From positions 1 through 61,732 of the IMG/VR virus record IMGVR_UViG_3300030329_003372: DNA of 61,732 nt; one strand, given 5' to 3'. The notes beneath the pieces are model-generated. The model worked only from the letters and a program-made list of their open reading frames with translations, was not told the origin of the DNA and did no database searches. The position numbers and the translations under genes were made by a program. Below, piece by piece: positions 57,248-61,732 of the stretch; position 1 is the first letter of the stretch, and each line of letters starts with the position of its first letter. Origin of the DNA: a virus (lineage: Duplodnaviria > Caudoviricetes).

Positions 57248-58216
57248 GTGTTCGACATGAACGCTTTTGCAAAAGCGTGGGCGCTTTTGAAAGACGATGC
57301 GGGAACAATGCGTCGTGTTGAATTACCCGAAGAGGGCGACGCAATCAAATATGCACTACCGCACCGAGCCACAAAATTGGGTCAACTTCCAATAAACATG
57401 GGTATCAGCCAAGCATTACAAGGAATGAATTATCCAATCGAAGGCGAAAAGCCGTTTGGTTATCGAGATAAAGTTGGTTACACAGTTTCCCAACCAAAAG
57501 CGCATAAATTGTTTCCCTTTGATATTGATAATCCAACACAATATGGAATAGATGCGACTGACTTAGAATTGGCTTTTCAGGAATCCCCGTTGATTAACTT
57601 ACTTACAAGTGACCGTGGGGATTTGGATATTCATCCGGGGAATCTTGGTTATTTTGGAAATGAATTGAAAACTTTTGACCCGATGTATGGGCCGGAAAGA
57701 AAAGAAAGACCCGGAGAAATAAAAGAAAATGCATTCAACCACGCTATCCGAGATATGTATAACACAATGCATTCTGATTTCGATGCAGGTCAAAATACTG
57801 CTTTAGACCCTAATATGATAGAGGCGTGGAAAGAGCGGCTTCGTCAAGTTCGTGAAGCAAGTGATGAACTACCGGAATTTATTCAACGTTACAAAAATCG
57901 AGAAATGTTTAGACCGTGGTTAGATGATGAATCAGAAAATATAGACCCGCGACATAGACAACAGATGTTAGAAAGATTCAATCAATACAAAAATTTCGGT
58001 GATGCGTTGGCTTGGTTACAAAATACAATCAATGACCCCGAACAAACTCGTTTGTATGATTTTGAAGAAAACCCAAAATACAAACAATATGTTGATTTTA
58101 TGCAACAAGCAGGTCAATCAGAAAGAGGGCCTGAAAGTTTCTATCCAGCACAACAAATAGGGATGAAACCCGCATGGTCACCAGAAAAAATTAAAGAAAA
58201 ACAAGTAGATTGGTAA
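57248..58216 (+). CDS. Protein-kinase-like protein with N-terminal AW tag
   Basis: NAFAKAWALLK; catalytic-loop-like DIHPGN followed by KTFDP. Confidence 0.5.
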   Translation: MFDMNAFAKAWALLKDDAGTMRRVELPEEGDAIKYALPHRATKLGQLPINMGISQALQGMNYPIEGEKPFGYRDKVGYTVSQPKAHKLFPFDIDNPTQYGIDATDLELAFQESPLINLLTSDRGDLDIHPGNLGYFGNELKTFDPMYGPERKERPGEIKENAFNHAIRDMYNTMHSDFDAGQNTALDPNMIEAWKERLRQVREASDELPEFIQRYKNREMFRPWLDDESENIDPRHRQQMLERFNQYKNFGDALAWLQNTINDPEQTRLYDFEENPKYKQYVDFMQQAGQSERGPESFYPAQQIGMKPAWSPEKIKEKQVDW

Positions 58217-58225
58217 GGAATTTAA

Positions 58226-58951
58226 ATGTCAATACTCTTTCCGAGATTTATGCGTAAGTCGGCGTTGGAACCGAATGAACGTGAGTTACGTAATGAGGCA
58301 CGTGCGTTGCAAATGGGCGGTGACCCTGCAACAGCCAAACGATTTATTGCTGTGGCAAACGCGATGGGTAGACCTGAAAAACTTCGACAACAATATATTG
58401 AATCACACGCTAATCCACTTCTAAGTGAAATTCTTGGTGAGCCAATAGAAGGCCCTGATGCGGAAGCAGAAGAACTGTGGGATGAAGGACGCAGAAATGT
58501 TGATTTTAGTGAAATTAAGCAAAATCCTGAAAATTACTATGATGCTGCACAGCGAGCAAAATTACTTCAAATGTTTTCTGATATGGAACGAGGGCGTGGT
58601 GTTCATTCACGCGCTCAAGAGAAAAGTCAAAATTTACTTAGTCAATTAATACAAGACGACCCATCAAAATTTTTCGCTGACCGGCGACAAGATGAACACT
58701 ATAATTTTGACCCACCGATGGATATTTCATTTGAAGAAAGTGAAAAAAATGAACAGCGCCGGGCAGAAGAAAGACAACAAGCAGAATCTCTTCAAGGATG
58801 GGATAAAATCGCTTATGATGAACAACAACGTATGTTGATGGGAAGAAACCCAAATCAACCGGGTGATGAAATTACCCAAGTTGGAAAAGGAACACCGATG
58901 GATTTGGCTTGGAGATTATTGAAACAAAATCTTACCTCGGTTTACTTGTAG
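58226..58951 (+). CDS. Hypothetical protein with C-terminal PMDLAWRLLK
   Basis: The true start may be ATG 58250, 29 nt after TTTAAAT. Confidence 0.6.
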   Translation: MSILFPRFMRKSALEPNERELRNEARALQMGGDPATAKRFIAVANAMGRPEKLRQQYIESHANPLLSEILGEPIEGPDAEAEELWDEGRRNVDFSEIKQNPENYYDAAQRAKLLQMFSDMERGRGVHSRAQEKSQNLLSQLIQDDPSKFFADRRQDEHYNFDPPMDISFEESEKNEQRRAEERQQAESLQGWDKIAYDEQQRMLMGRNPNQPGDEITQVGKGTPMDLAWRLLKQNLTSVYL

Positions 58952-58991
58952 TAACCTACCACTTTAAATTCCACACCGCCTTTCGCGGGGT

Positions 58992-59831
58992 GTGCGTGAT
59001 TTCACTGTATACGAAGTTGGACCCCGCGACGGTCTACAGAACGCTTCGTTCAGCGCAAGCACAGAAGAAAAAATTGAACTGATTCGCAGTTTAGCGAATG
59101 CCGGTTTAACGGATATGGAAGTTGGGTCTTTTGTCCACCCAAATTTAGTCCCTTCAATGGCCGATTCTGCGGAAGTTTACGAAGAGGTGGCGGACTACGG
59201 CGACTTTTCAGTTTTGATTCCAAATGAGAAGGGATTGGACCGTGCTTTGTCTGTCGGTGTGGAAAATTTCAACATATTTTTTTCTCCATCAGATGAATTT
59301 AATTTGAGAAATCTCGGTCGAACAAAAACACAAGCGATGACAGAATATCTACGAATGCTTGACAAAATTCCTGACAGTAAAATTAGAGTCTATCTTTCCG
59401 TAATTTTCGGTTGTCCCTTTGAAGGGAAAATACCTGACGAAAAAATTTACGAGTCTATCCTTGAAGCCTCGCTTCTTGGAGATACGGTTGTCCTTTGCGA
59501 TACGATAGGACAAGCAACAAAAAATGACATACAAAAAATATGTGACTATGCTGAAGATTTCAAAGCAGATTTCGCTTTGCATCTTCATCATAAACCAAAT
59601 GAAAATGAAAGAGCATTGGCTCTTGTAGAAGAAGCGATAGCCGGTGGTATTACAGAAATTGATGCCAGCATTGGTGGTATGGGTGGTTGTCCATTCATCC
59701 CCGGCTCAAGTGGTAATGTCGCTACCGAACAATTGGTGAATTTGCCCGGTTATGACTGTGGTATTGATTCTGATTCCTTACTTCCCTCGCTTGAGTGGAT
59801 AAGTAAACGGAAACAGAAAGTGATACTATGA
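58992..59831 (+). CDS. hmgL: Hydroxymethylglutaryl-CoA lyase (DRE-TIM family)
   Basis: EVGPRDGLQN, CDTIG, HLH, GGCPF and GNVATE motifs. Confidence 0.92.
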   Translation: MRDFTVYEVGPRDGLQNASFSASTEEKIELIRSLANAGLTDMEVGSFVHPNLVPSMADSAEVYEEVADYGDFSVLIPNEKGLDRALSVGVENFNIFFSPSDEFNLRNLGRTKTQAMTEYLRMLDKIPDSKIRVYLSVIFGCPFEGKIPDEKIYESILEASLLGDTVVLCDTIGQATKNDIQKICDYAEDFKADFALHLHHKPNENERALALVEEAIAGGITEIDASIGGMGGCPFIPGSSGNVATEQLVNLPGYDCGIDSDSLLPSLEWISKRKQKVIL

Positions 59832-59992
59832 TGATTGTAATTACTGCGATAATGGGCTTGTTAGGAATTTTTTGCTTGAATACTTGGATTGCTGTCCGAA
59901 GTATCAACAAAATGGAAATTGTGTTGGATTTTTCGGTTGAAGACTTCGTAAATGAAATGTATGAAGGTCACCGCTTTGGGCGGGATGACTGA
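59828..59992 (+). CDS. Small membrane protein (54 aa)
   Basis: ATGA overlap with hmgL; hydrophobic N-terminus. Confidence 0.5.
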   Translation: MMIVITAIMGLLGIFCLNTWIAVRSINKMEIVLDFSVEDFVNEMYEGHRFGRDD

Positions 59993-60240
59993 TGCTCAAA
60001 TTTTTCATGAGAATAATGGGACACGTTTATTGTTTCCTTGAAAAATTTGTTAAATATCCAAATGACCATACAATTCTTGGCGTTCCTATTGATGAAGACC
60101 TTCAGGCTATGAGCCGAAAGGAACTTTGCATATTTATCGAAAGTAAAACACCCGCGAGTGGTTCATTTTGGGATTTGGATTCTACATCTAAAATTCGTTT
60201 TGGCGCACAACTTCTTCGGGAGATGTTGAAAAATGATTGA
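59992..60240 (+). CDS. Hypothetical protein
   Basis: TGATG coupling. Confidence 0.55.
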   Translation: MLKFFMRIMGHVYCFLEKFVKYPNDHTILGVPIDEDLQAMSRKELCIFIESKTPASGSFWDLDSTSKIRFGAQLLREMLKND

Positions 60241-60409
60241 GTGGATGGTAGTTTTTATCCCATTATGGATTCTTGGTTTCTTTATCGGGTTCTTTTCCGC
60301 CCGAATCAATAAATTCTTTGAAGAACCGAAAGCATTTATTCTCCAAAAAGGAACCGTAATAGAAACACCAAAGGCGTTAGAAGAATTACTATTCCACCAA
60401 AAAGAATAA
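60233..60409 (+). CDS. Small membrane protein (58 aa)
   Basis: Manual translation MIEWMVVFIPLWILGFFIGFFSAR... Confidence 0.5.
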   Translation: MIEWMVVFIPLWILGFFIGFFSARINKFFEEPKAFILQKGTVIETPKALEELLFHQKE

Positions 60410-60476
60410 TTCCGAGAATGTAAGTTACAAGAAGCGGTAAAATCTTGAGATATTCAAGCCACCTCATGTGGCTCCC

Positions 60477-61262
60477 TCAAAAATAATCTGATTCAGGTTG
60501 TGGAACAACGGGGTCGGTTTCAGCAAAACTACGGTCGTAACTTTCGATGAGTCTTCTTGCTATATCTTCATCTTGGTCATGGATATTATCGAGAATGAAT
60601 GAGTTATCATCTTCATTTGTGTGAATAGTATGTTGTGGATTCAAATTTTTGAGATGCTCAAATAATTCATCCTGTTGCTCATCATGTGGACCGACTTCCA
60701 TACGGTTTTTCAAAAGTCTGTTGGCGACTTCCATTGGTTCGCTCGTCCATTTTTGTTCAAATTCAGATGGGAAGCATTGTCTACATTGATGAAATCCACC
60801 AGCGGGGTCGGCAACCCATTTCAATCCGCCACACATTTCACAAGTGGGGTCGTCTTCAGGGAAACCCGCCGGACCTGCCATCACCGCTTTCAAAATAGCC
60901 CAAGCGTTATGCATCGGACCATCAAGCACCCAATCACCGTAGTAGTATTGGTCGTCACTTTTCGCCGTGCCTGTAGAAATTTCTTTTCCGTGTTGCGCGG
61001 CTTCCATCGTTTGTTGTTGGCTCGCTTGTTTTTTTGCTTCGGCATTTGCTTGGTGTTGGGAGATATTACCCTGAACAAAACCCGCCGTTGTTAGAGGATT
61101 TTCTTTGACGGCTGTTTTAGCCCCTCTACCAATTTTTGCACCCATTTGACCAATTCTACTTCCCGCGATTGCTCTACCTATATTGGCAACTATTGGTCCC
61201 AAAGCGGGCAGTGCTTTCTCAACGTCATCGCCGGTCGGTTGAGTAACAGCGATGCGCCCCAT
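60477..61262 (-). CDS. Modular protein with two internal AW-type tags and a Zn finger
   Basis: PMHNAWAILK, PMEVANRLLK and CEMC..CRQC. Confidence 0.65.
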   Translation of the reverse strand: MGRIAVTQPTGDDVEKALPALGPIVANIGRAIAGSRIGQMGAKIGRGAKTAVKENPLTTAGFVQGNISQHQANAEAKKQASQQQTMEAAQHGKEISTGTAKSDDQYYYGDWVLDGPMHNAWAILKAVMAGPAGFPEDDPTCEMCGGLKWVADPAGGFHQCRQCFPSEFEQKWTSEPMEVANRLLKNRMEVGPHDEQQDELFEHLKNLNPQHTIHTNEDDNSFILDNIHDQDEDIARRLIESYDRSFAETDPVVPQPESDYF

Positions 61263-61315
61263 GCATCCTCGCAAACGTCGGTAATTCTAAACGATGCCGG
61301 TTCTTAGCCGCCCCT

Positions 61316-61732
61316 ATGGGGCGGAAGCATTCTCCTGAACGTGATGCTTGGGTCCTTCTCAAAAGAGCGGCTTTCAGTGGTTCGCCGTGGTTGACACCAC
61401 AATGGAAAAAAACACCTGAACAATCACTTTACGATGCTGAAATGCAATCACAAGAACAAGCCGACCCTGAATTTGAATGGCCCCAAGCGCCGCAACCCCC
61501 ACAACTTCCACCCGGACCTTCAAAATTAACAGATTTTGATTCGACCATGTTTGACCCCGAAGAACCGGATAATCGAATGACTTTGGGACAAGTCGCTGTT
61601 AAGCAAGGAATACCACATCAGCAAGGTGCTGATGAATTTTCACATATTTTGGATGGGAAAACATTCGTGGATAGAATGTTAGAAGATAAACCCAAAGGCG
61701 CATCAAGCCCATATTTTGGTGAATGGACAAAT
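61316..61732 (+). CDS. Hypothetical protein with N-terminal AW tag (3'-truncated)
   Basis: Manual translation MGRKHSPERDAWVLLK..., open to the window end. Confidence 0.6.
   Translation, partial: MGRKHSPERDAWVLLKRAAFSGSPWLTPQWKKTPEQSLYDAEMQSQEQADPEFEWPQAPQPPQLPPGPSKLTDFDSTMFDPEEPDNRMTLGQVAVKQGIPHQQGADEFSHILDGKTFVDRMLEDKPKGASSPYFGEWTN

Noticed and set aside
132-61094. Numerous antisense or nested ORFs in the track (e.g. 25511-26176 +, 31725-32387 +, 32684-33361 +)
   Set aside because: They overlap well-supported genes and lack motifs or SD; they are shadow ORFs.

Overview
This window is part of the genome of a tailed archaeal virus, most consistent with a 'magrovirus' infecting Marine Group II Euryarchaeota (Poseidoniales); the host is inferred from gene content. 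It has four parts. (1) 1-10.5 kb (+): tail module, comprising a giant tail protein truncated at the window edge, a hub-like protein and fibre-like proteins. (2) 10.5-28.4 kb (-): an archaeal-type replication and repair block with thermosome, DEDD exonuclease, AAA+ helicase, XPF, PriS-PriL primase, Cas4-like nuclease, PolB, probable PCNA, a Sak4/RadA-like ATPase, a probable SSB, RFC and a degenerate ligase. (3) 28.4-54.3 kb (-): an accessory/early region. It contains two repeat-delimited gene-cassette arrays (Zn-finger microproteins, and MIDTDKY paralogues with constant and variable blocks), a PEP-utilizer-like dikinase next to a Cx5R phosphatase, a HipA-like kinase, a second phosphatase and a HARP/SNF2 helicase. 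Twelve copies of one 24-bp TATA promoter face the - strand genes between 14.8 and 54.4 kb. (4) A palindrome-rich strand-switch region at 53.1-54.9 kb (possible genome end or origin), followed by genes sharing an 'AWxxLK' peptide tag and an HMG-CoA lyase. I saw no tRNA, rRNA, CRISPR array, integrase or reverse transcriptase. All calls come from reading motifs by eye; no database searches were run.
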